Source: Raillietiella orientalis (Eukaryota). Taken from it: a DNA stretch of 64,000 nt. The position numbers were made by a program, and so were the translations under genes. Every line of letters begins with the position of its first letter. Position 1 is the stretch's first letter. Where the stretch lies: contig JAYWIR010000040.1 of the NCBI GenBank assembly GCA_036172245.1, positions 1,240,001-1,304,000 on the forward strand. Reading direction: 5' to 3'. The notes under the pieces are model-generated. The model searched no databases. It was not told the DNA's origin and was given only the letters and a program-made list of their open reading frames with translations. Below are positions 1 through 13,399 of the stretch, piece by piece.

Positions 1-3000
1 TGCGAGATATCGATATCTTGAACTCATTTGCTGATTAAGTGGCAGGAAAGGTGAAGATAAATTGCATCGTAAGGAGACCACTTGAAAGAGGCAAAACGGC
101 TCTGAGTTAAAAGAAAAAATAACAACAACGTGCGACTGGGATGTGCACGCGAAACCGTCCAGAGAGTGGCCTGCGAATCGCTCCCGGGCCGGGTTGGTCA
201 GGTTCACGGCCATCATCCTGCTGCTGCGCAAACTCATTTCGTGGTGAGGTTTGCGGCGGTTCTTTTGCTGTAAAGTCGCCGTCCTTCCACTCTTTTCGAG
301 AGGGCGATGCAGCTTCTTCCGAAACAAGGTCACAGAACCCAAATGCCGTTGGCTTCGCGCACAAAACACCGTAGTAGTGGAGATGCCACGGTGTGACGCT
401 GCACAGAAGCTCACCAAAAGCGTTCCCGCTTCTGATTGAAGGGACGAACGGAACAAGGGTCCGTACCATACAGCGGTGATGTACACTGCACCACGCATAA
501 CTGTGTCAAGCGCAAAACGAAAGGGTGATTGCTCAAAAGCGCGCAGATGAAAAAGAAGAAGAAGAAGAAAAAGTTTTCGACAGAAAGGGAAAACCGCAAA
601 AAAAAAAAAAAAAAAAAAAAATCCAGCTGCTAAAACTGCTTGATGGTCCATGCAGATTCGCTCCTGCATTCGAGTTTTAAATGTCAGGTTTGACACGAGT
701 CAGCGGGACGAGCGATCGGCGGCGTTCTTTCCTTGTGAAGTTACGAAGATGGAAGCATCCTTCTGCAACGGAAGTGTGGGCAATTCATGGAGACACGAAG
801 ATCGGTCGTGGAAAGAGGAAAAGCTGTGAACTGGAGGCGGCGGAAGCTGGGGCTACACCTCACATGGGGAACCACCACCCAGCCACATGACGTGGAAAAC
901 GCGACCCCCGCTGGTGGCGCTCGTCTGGGACCGCCCGCTTCCCGAAAACAGCCTGCTCTGTAGCAGGAGACCTGAGGGTACTGTTCCCCAAAGCGGATCG
1001 CTTTCCGATTTTTCATCTCCCGTCGAGAGATTCGATCCTTCGGGATAAGTCGCTTTGCATCCCTTACGCTCCCGATGAATGCGCTAACTATCCCGCGCCG
1101 GCAGCTTTCCTCCCGCCCCTCGTCTTGCTTTTTAGAAAGAGCCGTGTGCCGTTGTTGCCCGTTGGAACACCTCCGTGCCAACACCGAACTTCGAACAAGG
1201 TGTTCAACCGAAGTTTCCGAAGATCGTGATGGAAACATCTTCAGTCTGTCATCTACCCCATCATTAATTGACGATTGAGATGAACAGCTCGCAACGTGCT
1301 GCGCACTTTCCTTCTCTGGTCCGCATGCTGCAAACATGCAGTCGCCGTCTGAGTTATCTCCGCCATCAAAATGACGAATTGCATTAAATTTTCGTGCTGC
1401 CTCTCTTAATTGGTTCTGAATGAAATGAGACTTTGTTTGCCCCTCTCAAATTGCTCGCAATGCGCCATCGCCATGTTGCGAACCGCCTAAAAGTTGGTTG
1501 GTCGACTGAAAAAGGAAAAAAAAGGTAAATGCCATTTTTTCTTTTCTTTTCCTTTTGAAATGCTTGGTGCTGATCATGAAATTCTCAGCTAGATGCGGAT
1601 TCAAATGAGAAAGCGAGCCGAGGTCCGGTTCGGAAATCTTCCCCGTGAAACCTGCGCAAAATCTTGTGCTCCTGTAGCCTCCTGGAAGCTCTGCTTGAGA
1701 GCGATTCCGGAAAACTTCCGAGACCGATCGCGGATGGCAGTGGCAGCCTGCAAGAGCTTTGGTCACAGAAAAAACGACTACGAAGATTCCGGGGATGGAG
1801 GAGGGGGCGGGGAGGGGGGCGAAAAAAAAGGAAAGAAAGAAGTGAAACCGTAAGTTTCCACACATCGCCAATGCCGTACACACAGTACCAAAGATAGGAG
1901 GACCACGAGAGGTTCCTACGATCGGAGACAAGCCCAATGAGGATGCGCGATCGCCTTGTCTTTCGATGGCACCGACCAGCCCTATTTGTGCTCTCCGTTC
2001 TTTTCCTACTTCGGATGAAACCCTGCTGATTTCTTCGTGCCATTTGCTTTCCAGTCGTCTGTTTGCCTATGCTTAGCGCGGCTGGGCAAGTAGCCGCCTT
2101 GGGAGCAGGCTGACCGATTCAATCTCAGCCTCGGGGCACCTTGCACGCTTCGCTGATGTATGATTTCGTGAGGTGCTTTCCCCGCCGGCAGGTGGAACTC
2201 TGTGCGGTGCCTACGACAGCTAGAACCGTGTGGTGCCATTGTGGCGCCAGCTCCCACCGGTCCCGCTCACTTTGAGGAAGCGCAACAAGAGGTGCTCTTT
2301 CTGAACCCACGCGACGTGCGGATGCTCGAAAAGCCTCCGTCGTGTCAGACGAGGCTGTCACGAAAGCCATGCTCTCGAAAATCTCGTGTTTGCGGTGCCT
2401 CAGAATTCCTGGATCAGAACTTGAGCTCGGTACATCGCGCGCTCGTTTGAGCTCCCCCCCCCCCCCCAAAAAAAAAAAAAAAATAAAAATAAAAAAATAA
2501 ATAAAATAAAATGAAAAAGTAAAACCACATCCGTGAACGAGTTGCTCCGGATCAGAGTTACGTTGCCAAGACTTCGCTTCCGTTGGGTCCAGCTCTTTTC
2601 CCCCCACGCGCAAGGATGCAACTTTTCGGCAGATGGCAATGCTGCCGGAACATTTGTTCATATTACGGTGATGCTCCGAAAGTTCTCCAGAACATGTTTG
2701 TTTGTTTGTGATTTCGGGACCCGGAGAAGGGATCTTCCTTTTTCCTGGCCGTCTCTTACCTAAATTATTAACGTGGAGGCCGACAACTCCTTATCCGACG
2801 AGCGTTTTTGTTTTTTTCTTCAGATTGCTCGAGGAAATTCGACTCGAACCCAAAATCGAATCCTCTTTTTTCGCATCCTTTGTACCCGTTCTCTTTGCAG
2901 CTTCCTCTGCGTTCCGCGATCCTTAAGGAGCACTTCGGAGCGTTCCCCCTCTCTTCCGCCAGTGCTTACCCAAAAGCCCTCGATGGACTCGAAAGTGCTC

Positions 3001-4064
3001 ACAGTCTGCAGCTAAACGCTGAGATCCCCCACCCTTAGCTGGTCGTGCTCACCGCGTTGCGTGAAGGTTAGCAGACTTCCGGTTCTGCTGGAGGTCCTCT
3101 CTGCAGCAGCACTCCTTCGATTTCATTATTTCACGCGCATTATCTTCGGCGACGGAAGCATCCCGTCCACGGCTACATTTGCAGAATTCGGAAAAAAAAA
3201 AAAAAAAATTAAAGCTCCGTCGCCGTCACTTCATTATTTTTGTTTATTATCCTCCTTTCCTGTCTTTTTTTTTTTTTTTTTCGAAAATTCCGTCTTCAGA
3301 AATTTCCCTGAACGGCGTGCATCCATCTTCGGACCCGCAGAGACGCTGAGCAGACACGGCCTTCCCACGGCATTGCCAGGAGAGAGAGAGAGAGAGAGAA
3401 AAGACTAAGGGCAACTACTTTCGCGGGTGTTCAAACATTCCTCGGTCCTTTTTGTCTCTGAAAATTCGAAGATCGCTAAGGATTGCTTCACGGCGCGCCT
3501 TCGTGGCCGCTGCCCTAAGGTTCGACGCCTGGATTCGGGGGAACTTCGAGGACTCCCCACGAGTTCATCCCTGCACTTCTTGCTTGTTTGCTTGTTTGTG
3601 TTTTCCTTTTCCCCTGCTCATCCCAGGACAGAACCCGGGATTGCAGCCCGCCGGATTTAGATAAAGCATCCCGAATCCACTTCTTGACGTTTGGAGAAGT
3701 TTACTTTTGCAGTTTGTTACACCTCGTTACGAAACTGGGCCATCTGCGCTGCCGGCTCCTTTCAGATCCTCGCCGTATCGTTACTTTCCTTGGAAACCGC
3801 TCTCCTATCGCACATCTCTGGAGAGGAAAAGACTTTCCCGTACGCACGAGATGAGTGCGGCGAGCCGGGTCCGCCGGCCGACGGTGTGAAAACACGCGCG
3901 GTGGACCGCGAGGTCCTCTTTTACGCTGTTGCTAGGATGCGCCTGTGGATGCGCTCTCTGGGAGCGCACTGAGGATGCCGAACGGAGGAGGAGGCACCTG
4001 CATCGATTTCGGAGAAACCTGCCAGGCAACCGCGCCAGCCACCAACGGCGCGACTCCAGCAGCA

Positions 4065-4092
4065 TCCCGGCGCTGCCATGGCAGCGCCGGGA
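4065..4092. repeat. Perfect 28-bp palindrome (TCCCGGCGCTGCCATGGCAGCGCCGGGA)
   Basis: Read directly; the sequence equals its own reverse complement. Confidence 0.95.
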
Positions 4093-5301
4093 AGCCGCCG
4101 CCGCCGCTTCGGCGGGTGCCGGGGACGTCGGATTTGGCGACGGGAAGGAAGGCTGTCCGCTTTTTTTTTCTTCCTTTCTTTTCCTCAAAACGCAGGCAGG
4201 AATTCGGGGAAGATCGCCGCCGCCATGTGGGTTTCTCGAGCAGCGCCCACCCGCGTTTTCGGGTGTATTCGAAAGTGCCCCGTGCCGACAGCGTATTGCA
4301 TAATTGGGGAGGGGGGTGGGGAGCGGGGAAAGTGTATTATTCCTGTGATTATCTGTATTTCTCACAGGCTGAAAAGACACGCCACTGAATACGGCAGCAC
4401 TTGATTTATTAATCACAGCTAAATGATGATGGGTACCGAAGGTGGGGATAGAGCAACTTCCAGCTTGGGAATTTCGGGAGCACGGTTGCCAAGTTCCCCA
4501 ACGAATCCAAGTTGCCCTGCTCGTAACTTTAAACGACGATGTATCGTAATAAAAATGTAATAAATTGTAATTGCATGAAACTGGCAGCTTCTCGCGATTC
4601 CGTTGTAAGGGAGGTACTTGCGCACTGGGGGTCGAAAATTCGGGAGAAAAAAATGAAAAAAAAAAAAAAAAAAAAAATTCCACTGGCCATCTTCGATAGC
4701 GAAAAGGCGATCCGTTTCCATGGCAAAGCTGGTTTTCTCTCCATGGGGGGATGCGTCCGTACGGAAACTCGCGAGCACACAGCAAACATCAAAACAAAAC
4801 GGGATGAACAAGGAAGAAGGAAGAGGCTGGCGTGACGAATATGGCAGTAGATTTACGGTGAGGATGAGTGATCGCAGCGAAAATCTTGGAACGGTCTCTT
4901 TAGGGAAGAAGGGGGAGGAGGGGGGGAGGAGGAGGGGGGGGGAATAAAAGGTCAACCGCCATGCGGTGATTTTCTTTTTCTTTTTAATGGGTTTGACACA
5001 CTTAAAGCGCTTAAATGCAATCATCACATACACTTCAAAAGTTCAATAACGTATCCGTTCGGTTTCACGCGCCATCGATTCTCAATTCAAGATGGCACCG
5101 TCATCAATAAGGAATACAGAAAGTGTCACTTTTACCTGTTTCTGGTGTTCCCAATTCCCTCGTGAAGTTCGTGATTGCTCCAGCCAGGGATACAAGCAAA
5201 CTAACACAACCGTAAACAAACACTAGCATGCTGCAAAAATTTTACGTAATGAAATAAAAAGAAAAGAGGAAAAGGAGGAAGAGAAGACGAGAGAGAAAAA
5301 G

Positions 5302-5329
<28 letters not shown>
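5302..5329. repeat. (GA)n microsatellite
   Basis: Direct read; a shorter (GA)n lies at ~3380-3397. Confidence 0.9.
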
Positions 5330-5333
<4 letters not shown>

Positions 5334-6056
5334 AAAAAATAAAATAAAAAATAAAACTCAGAAATCACCTGAACTTGACTGAAGATTTTTTTTTTCTCCT
5401 TCTCGAATAGCCCAGATAAAAGCAAGGGCGAACGCTATACGTCGGGCGGGCAAAAGTTTGTCACAAAGTTGGCTTGCCGTACGGATTACATACGGAGTAA
5501 TTTATTTAGCAGAAACGAAGAGTCACATACGTGGTAATGTTGCAGGCCGCCTCAAGTTCACTCGGCGGGGGGGGGGGGGGGGAGGGAAACGAAGAGAAAG
5601 AAAAAAAAAAAAAAAGAAAAAAAAGAAAAAAGGAAGATGGAGAAACGCTTCAGCTTGGTTTCCATGCCGAGCTCCACACCACCACCACCATGTTGGAACG
5701 CACTGAGCAAAAACGCAAAATTCTGCGGATTGCGTTCAAATCGAGCCCATCATTGCTGGAAGTGGAAAGGGTCAGCAGCAGTCGGTGGTGACCACCTCGG
5801 AAAAATCGCATCGACGGTCGCCTTTAGTGCGAGGCAAATCGCTGCGTTCCACTGCCTGTGTTTCCTCTGAGATCACTTTCGAGCTTCTTCCACAGCTGTG
5901 TCTTTTGCACTCGGTCGCTTTATCTACGCATCTTCCTGGTCACATTTTATCTCCGAGGAGGCATTTTTTTTTTTTTTCCTCTTCTCCCTTCCTCTCTTTT
6001 TTCCAGGAGGAGGAGGAGGAGGAGGGGCGGGCGGGGAGGGGGGGAGGAAGTGCGAC

Positions 6057-6057
<1 letters not shown>

Positions 6058-6093
<36 letters not shown>
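6058..6093. repeat. (CGA)12 microsatellite, preceded by (GGA)n
   Basis: Direct read; it accounts for the poly-D/T/R/V ORFs in the track. Confidence 0.95.
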
Positions 6094-9000
6094 AAATCCC
6101 GTCATGATAAAATATGTTCCTCACGCCTTCCGGGCTTCATAAGCATTCCACCTTGATGAGTATTCTGCTTGTACGGCGCAAACATGCAGAGACGTGGATT
6201 CGGGAGCCCGCAGGATGGTACAAAATCTCGAGGAATACGTCCGAGTCAACAAAAAGGCAAAAAAGGAGGTCGGAGGTCGCTGTGGCCTTTTCAGTGAAAC
6301 TCACGTTCTCAATGAGATTGGGTTTTTGCATACGAGAAGGGGAGGGGGGGGGGGGGGAAAGGTAAATCCGTCGCTCCAAGAGTGGAGACGAAGCTGACTC
6401 AGATGCGAGACCAGCGTGCCTCCCATCTGATACTGCCTTGGGTTTTGCATCAGCGTTTCCTTGCTCGAGTTGGCCTAATTGGTTCAGGACGAGCGGACAA
6501 GCATAACAAGCGGACCTACGAACGGAATACCCAATGCGAGGAACCTGCTCCCAAACTCCTCATCAAAGAAGACATAAGTATTTATGTCACCTCCCAGCCG
6601 GGAAACAAAAGATGCTCCCGCAGCCCGGAGCACGACGTGCATCCGCGAGTGCGGGTACAGAAAGGCTTGAGAAGCAGACTCCGGACCGTTAGCGCTCGGC
6701 CGTTCAGTCGTCTCGGTACGAGCAGCAGCAGCAGCAGGGGGAGGGAGGGGGGGGGGGGGAATGTCGCTCGTCAACGCCTCAGCATCCGCATCTCTGCCGA
6801 AGAGGAAAGAGCCTTCCGGCGCGGAACCTCCTCTTCTTCCGCGCTTCCCCCGAAACTCTTCGGCGAGGCGTTCCTCCTCCTCCTCCAGGGATTCCCCCAC
6901 GACGATCCCGCCGCGGAGACCGTTCGCGAGCCATTTGGTCCAAACATTGGGACTGAAAGATCCGACGAGATCTTCGCCACAAAGGAAGAACTCGCCGTAC
7001 CGACGACGCACGCATAATGCGTTTGAATAACGCGATGGGGGAAACGCGGGCCATTTTCTTGTTTCAAACACAACGCCCTTTCCGCCTTGAGAAAAGGAAA
7101 AAAAAAAAGGAAAACATTTCTTCTTCTCCTTCTTTTCTTCCCCTCCTCCCCCTTTTCCTCCCGAGTGATCTGCCAGCCGAGAAAAAGAAAGTGTTTTTTT
7201 CTTGTGTGCTGTTTGCTTGTATCTTCTTACAACCCTTTCGACGCTATGCAAAAAATAAAAAAACCATTAAAAATGGAACTTGTGGCGAGGGGAAAAAAAA
7301 ATAGCCTCGCAGCAGCAACAATGCGACAGAATGCGGTGCCAGCCAAAAAAAGAACAAAAGCGCAACAATATTTCATGCATGCATTGTTGAGACAAGTTTA
7401 TGTGTGAGCCTATATACAAGCTTACAAACAAGCAAGTTTTATACACATATACATGTATATATATTGTATCGACAAGTTCATGTATGAGCCTACATACATT
7501 TTTCCATACAAGTATATGTATTGCTGCGACAAGTTTCTATACAAGCAAGTTTTCTATCTATCTATCCATATATAGTGTGACAACAACGTGCTGCTGCGTA
7601 TGCCAACATGTACCGAACAGGGGGATGACTTACACCGTGAACGTATGGGAGGGGGGCCCCCGAACCGGCATGCGTATATTTCTGTATGCCCGCCCTTCGG
7701 GCACGTACATACGTGTATACATGAAACCCGACCCGCTCGGGAGGGAGAGAGGCTGCAACTGGACCAGCGGCACGAGACGTGCTCGGAGGTTTGTTAGGGC
7801 ATGGATCAATAGCACACGCACAGCAGAAGTTTCCGGAGGGCCGAAATTAAAATTCGGGCGCAACGTCGGTTCTCCTGAGCTGTGGGCGTCGCGGGAGAGG
7901 GCCCGAGTCCGCTGCTCGCAGATTCATGACGAAATTCTCCTGCTCGGGGGCCCCACGCGCTCACGGTATACATTATCCCTTTGTCCGGTACGTGTTGGCA
8001 TACGCGGCACGTTGCTGTCACACTCGGGAAACCGAGCGGGGCCCCCGCTCGGATGCGCGCTGACCGCCTGATCTCCATCATATTAAACACGGAGACACCC
8101 AATTACCAGATCTGTCCTGGTCGCGGGGAGCGTGCAGATCCTCGAAACGCTCGCATCTTTCGGATGCACGGACGGCACGCCTGATGAGAGTGCGCGGGAC
8201 GGCGATAAGGAAGAGAGGGACGAAGAAGAAGGCGCTTGCGCTGCCGCCGCTTTCGCCTTCTTGGCCGGTCGGCTCTTCTCCAGACCGTGGGCGAAACTCG
8301 CGCTTCGTGGCGGACGGCAGTCTCGAAGGGCTCGTCTTGGCTGCCGCGGCGACGGCAGCCAAGCTGCCTGGATGCCTGAGGCTGCTTCTTCTTCCCCCCG
8401 AATCTGGAGACCCTCCTGGACCAGGGATCTCTCGGAGCGCAATCGCGTCCGAGGTGCTATTCGGAGGAGCTTGCCTCTCGTCACGCCGCGCCTTTTGGGT
8501 GCAGCAGCAGCAGGGAAAGGAGAGGAGAAAACAGCGCCCTCGCTCCTCGAACCCAGGATCCAACCCCCCCCCCCCACACCCCCGATCTCACTCCCCCGCA
8601 CCACAGGGCTCTGTAGACTCACGGGAGGGGAAGAAGACACGGCCGAGGAGGACCACGTAGGAAGGCGAGAGAGAGAGACTTCCGCCGGCGCTGACGCGCG
8701 CGCGTCACCTCTCCCTTTCTACAAAGCAGGGAGGGCATTCGCCAGATGCCTGCGTCCTGCTGCCAGGTCACTCGAGTCACGCTGCGAACATGTTGAACAC
8801 CGCGAAGGACATGAACCACAGGTTGACCACGAAGCGAAGGCGAACAGGAACTCGGCAACGGGAGGCGCGAAAAAACACACAAAAAAACGGGGTTCCCTGG
8901 ACGCCGGAAGACACGGGGTAGCGACCCGGGGATTCCGCCTCCCTCCCATCTGGGCAACGCCGCCGCCCCGCCCGCGGGACAGCGCGCGCCTCCCCTCCGC

Positions 9001-12000
9001 GCCCCGCCCATCTCCGCAGTGCGGAGCTTCAGTTACCGCCGGAGGGACTGTGCCGCGCGCACTTCGCGCCGTGCCGAGCAGCTCGAGTCACGGCGCATGC
9101 GCCCGCGTGCTGCCCCCGGCCGCCGGAAGCGCAGTGCTGGAGTGCTTAGGGGACGGCGGGCGTCCGAGCAGGACGCGGCGCAGAGGATCCGCCTGTCCGG
9201 CGGTAGCGCCGTGGGTGGCGAGGCCGCCCCGAGAGGCTCCGCCGCTTACAGAGCGCGGTGAAGGGGGCCGCTTGCGGGCGCCTGCAACCAGCTGGCTGCA
9301 CGATGAGCACATCATCCGCCCCGTTGGACAGACCCCCGCAGCCTCTGCGTTTCCCTTCTTTTATTTATTTTTTTAGTTTTCGCTGCCGCCAGCTCCAGCT
9401 AATGTTTCACCCATCAAGCAGGCGACTCGAGTCGGAATGCCCCGCGGCGTTTCGACAGAGCAAACGTGGACACCCCTTCGCGACCGGGTGCCAACGAACC
9501 CATCCCGGTGGCATGCCAACTAACTCCCTGAGCATTCCAGCCCGCAGAGGGGCCCAGACGCCCCTCTTCTGCCGCGCGCGCGCGCCTCGCCGAGGCATTC
9601 CCTCCCCTCGCCTCCGTTTCCAGAATTTTCCTTGCAACCGCAGACACTCTGCTCAGAGCGCCAGCCAGGGTACACACACCCCGAGCGAACCCCAGACCAC
9701 GGTCTCTGAAAGAGTTGCCAGCTCCTTGGGGAACCCCATGCTCCACGGCTCAAATCGAAATGGCCCACACTGCCTCACGGCAGAAATGGGTCCAGCTTTT
9801 CGCTTAATTTTCTTTTCACTCTGACACGGAAACCCCTGGATACGGTTTATGCTAACCCTGCTGAAACGGCTCGTCTCGTGACTACCGAAGAAAGCTTTCG
9901 ACAAAGATTCAGGAAGACACAGAAGAAAGGGGTTGCGCGAAAGCACGTCGACCGACTCGACGTCCTGATCCTCAGCCATCTGCGGGTTCGATGGAGGGTA
10001 CCGCATTGGCGCCAGAGAAGAGGGTGACAAGAGGGCTTTCACCACCCACCGTGCAGCAAGCTAAAGAGACGGCCGAAAGCAACCGGATGCTGCCTCAAGC
10101 AGGCACCTCCTCTCCCTTCTCCCTCCTCTTACCAGCAGTCTGGCCTGGTCTTACCAGTACCGTGGAGGAGCCGTCGATCAACTGAGTAGGAGCTTTCGGA
10201 AGTCAGGTCGTCACCCACTTGTGTTTGGGCCCCCGTGGATCCCGCAGTAAATGGTGCCGTCAGGGATGCCGTCGCATCCAGCATTAGCATCACAGACCCT
10301 TTGAAATCCATGGAGAGTTTTGCGCTCATTACGTACCGAAGGGAGCAGAAGTCCCTGGTATGCACAGCAGCGGGGGCCGTCTCAGACTGCCGTGGCCTCG
10401 GTGTGGCTGCGCCACCCGCGTTCCCTCACTTTACGGTAGCCCATCCTTTGCTGCGGGGGCGTGGCGATCTTTCCGGGAGACGCCTCCGAAACTCTGGTGC
10501 GGCAAGACCGGTGTTTCGGCGCCCGGCGCCTGCAGATGGATGGGAGGCTACAGAGATCGATGCGCCAATCTGTGCAGCGTTGTGGTCCTGCGACACTGGC
10601 CGAAATCTGGCCGACTGCGACTCGGCGCACACTGGATGGTTGCTCGCAGCAATCGGTTGCCGACTCAGTTTCCGGGATGGTGAAGATTTCATCGTGCCGA
10701 GAGCATCTTCAGGAAGTTTGGCGTCCCCAGTTAACACGCGTCGATGTCACATCGGCGGCCAAAGGCAAGGACTCTGCCTGAATTAAGGTGTTTGGAGACC
10801 GGAAGTCAATTTGGCGATCAACGCAGTGCCGTGGAGCGTCCAGCGTCCGTTATGATTGACGACCGCAGGTCGACCGGTAAGGAAGACTTCAGGAAGGACC
10901 TTCAGGAGGAGGCCATCGAGGATTGAGGGAGAAAATTCGGAGAAATGACGCCTTTCCTCCCTCTGGAAGGAATTTCACCTTCCATCGAAGGTTCGTAGGG
11001 TTTCATTCTGACGGCCCTGCAAGGGCAGCTGGAAAGGCGTCACGTAGAAAGCAGAAACCCTAAAAGACAGCCTCATCTGCTTTCCGGGTTCGCCCAGGTG
11101 ACCGTGGGGATCGGGTTTCGAGGTCCACAGGCGCCCTCGAAGAGCGAACACGGGGGTGCCTTCACCACTCGCCCGCGGAGACGCCCCCCTTCCGCCGATC
11201 AGCGTCAAGAGGGCCGGCGTTCCCGCTTCATCCTCTTTCCCCTTCCCGCCAGCGGCCAGGAGACGGCCTCCCGCGGCCAGTCGTCCTCCTCCAAGATGGA
11301 AGATTCTTTCGTTTCCGGAAGCCTCCAGAGACTGCAGGTCGGCGACCCCTTCCGACAGATCGCCGGGACGCGCGCCTTCTTCCGCGATGGTGCACTTGGT
11401 AGCCCCCACTTTCCCCGCCGCTGGAGCCGACCTTCCTCCTGCTCCTGCGTATCAGAAGCCCATCGGGGAAGGCCCCGTCATAAAGCGATATGGGACGGAG
11501 AAACCCAGGTCCGATATGGGATGTCCCGCGCCACGAAATTTATACCGACATTTATGGTTTCGGGAACGTCATCCACTCTTCCTCGCGATGAGCCAAAACC
11601 TCCTTACGACGAAAGGACCCCGCGGATGGAGGGCTCCCCTGCTCCCCCGCCGGATATTGCGCGTTCGCTATCAAGAGCAATTTAATTGTATCCAGCAGTA
11701 TCCAAAAGAATGACCTGCTTAATACCCGATTCCGACACGGCCGACCCGGCGTTCCTGCCACGCTTGCGGAATTCCAGATGAACCTCGGATGAAACATTTC
11801 GACTCCGTGGTTGCTGCTTCCTGGTAAAAGTGTGTGATTACAGAGCGTTTTTTTTTTCTTCTTTTTCTTTCTTTCTTTCTTTTTTTTTCCATTCCTATGA
11901 AGCGGAGGAGGGGAGGGGGAGAAGCGAACGTTCGGAGATTTCCAGTGCAGATGAGCGCAGGTCCCTTTGGCCTGCATCCATTCCAGGTCAATAGAGCACT

Positions 12001-12186
12001 CGCGAATGTCCATGGGCAGAAGCGCAGGGCATGCCGGTTCCAAATAAAGGGAAAACAAATAAATCGGTTCGTGCCTCGCGTCTCCCCTTAGCAACGCTGC
12101 GAAGCATCTGTTCGTCCACCACGTTTCGGGCAGCCTGCGGCAAAACTCCGGTCCTCGTCGTTGCACGGCGCGCTGCGTCCGAGGTT

Positions 12187-12487
12187 CTGCCACGCGGCTG
12201 GAAACCTTCCTGGAGCACGGCAGGATTCTGAGGTGCCAACTGGAGAACAGGAGGAATTCGCCTTGATCTCGGCTTCACGAGAGTCGCACTTTCCTGTCTG
12301 CAGGAAAAGATAGCAGCAGATTAATGGTCATAAAGCTGCCACGCGGCTGGAAACATTCCTGGAGCACGGCAGGATTCTGGGGTGCCAACTGGAGAACAGG
12401 AGGAATTCGCCTTGATCTCGGCCTCACGAGAGTCGCACCTTCCTGTCTGCAGGAAAGATAGCAGCAGATTAATGGTCATAAAGCTGC
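12187..12487 (+). repeat. Tandem duplication of a ~149-bp unit (12187-12335 and 12336-12487)
   Basis: Both copies run CTGCCACGCGGCTGGAAAC...GGTCATAAAG, with a few substitutions and a 1-bp indel. Confidence 0.95.
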
Positions 12488-13399
12488 TGCATTTAAGGGA
12501 AAGATCGAATCCCATCAACCCACCTGATATCCTTCCTTGCCCATGTCCTAGTCGATGACTTCACTCTTGAAAAGGACACAGAGTGCACTGGAGGGAGGAC
12601 AGCGGCTGTCTTCAGAACTAACAGGTCGATTCTTAGCTTATCTTGCGTGCTTTTATGCGCACGATGGAGATTGCTGGTCAGTGTGCTCAATGAGGTGCTG
12701 ATCGCTCACAGAAGAGTGAGGATGGCTGCAGGGAGCTGGACCGACAACTCTGAGCACTGGGATGCCTAGACTCGCATCCCCGGCAGGAGATGATTATTTT
12801 GATTCAGCGCTGCCAGGAGAATGTCACAGATGGCTCGCAGCTGTGGAAAGGGAGCAGTCAGCTAGGGATGATCCTTCCTTTCTGGAAGCAATGATGATGC
12901 TTTTTGCTTACGGAGGATTCGGTCCGACAAAAAAATCAAGCCTGGGAAGTGCATTTCATCTATGAGGAGCAATAAACGAGGGGGAATGGACCCTAAATCA
13001 GCCACAGCTACCTGCAAGGCGAGTGATGTAGACAACCACTCTGAAAGTAACGGGGTGATGCCACCGAAAGCTGGAGATGTCAAGAATCATGGAATGGGGG
13101 CTTTTCGTTTACTGATCAGGAGGTCAAAGAATAGATGCTTGACCTTTTCGACTTTGAAAATTCGGAAAAGGAAGACACGAGGTGTCTGAGAGAGCACAGC
13201 AGCTGCTTAAGACAGTTCGAAGCTCCCACTTTTTCAGGATTCACCCCCTTGGATTCATCACCTCGCAGCGATGATGAAACGTCTTCACCATCAGATCTTT
13301 CTTCAGGTCACTACTGTTGCTCCACTAGGATGATGAAACTCCTTCTTTTCTGTCTTCGCAGTTCTCCGACACGGTTCCATGCCACCCAGGGGTGGGTAA

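Noticed and set aside
3805..4785. 326-aa minus-strand ORF
   Set aside because: Runs through homopolymer tracts (poly-F) and the palindrome; no recognisable motif.
8132..9376. 414-aa ORF, the longest in the track
   Set aside because: R/A/P/G-rich with no domain, and open in several frames; expected by chance in very GC-rich DNA.
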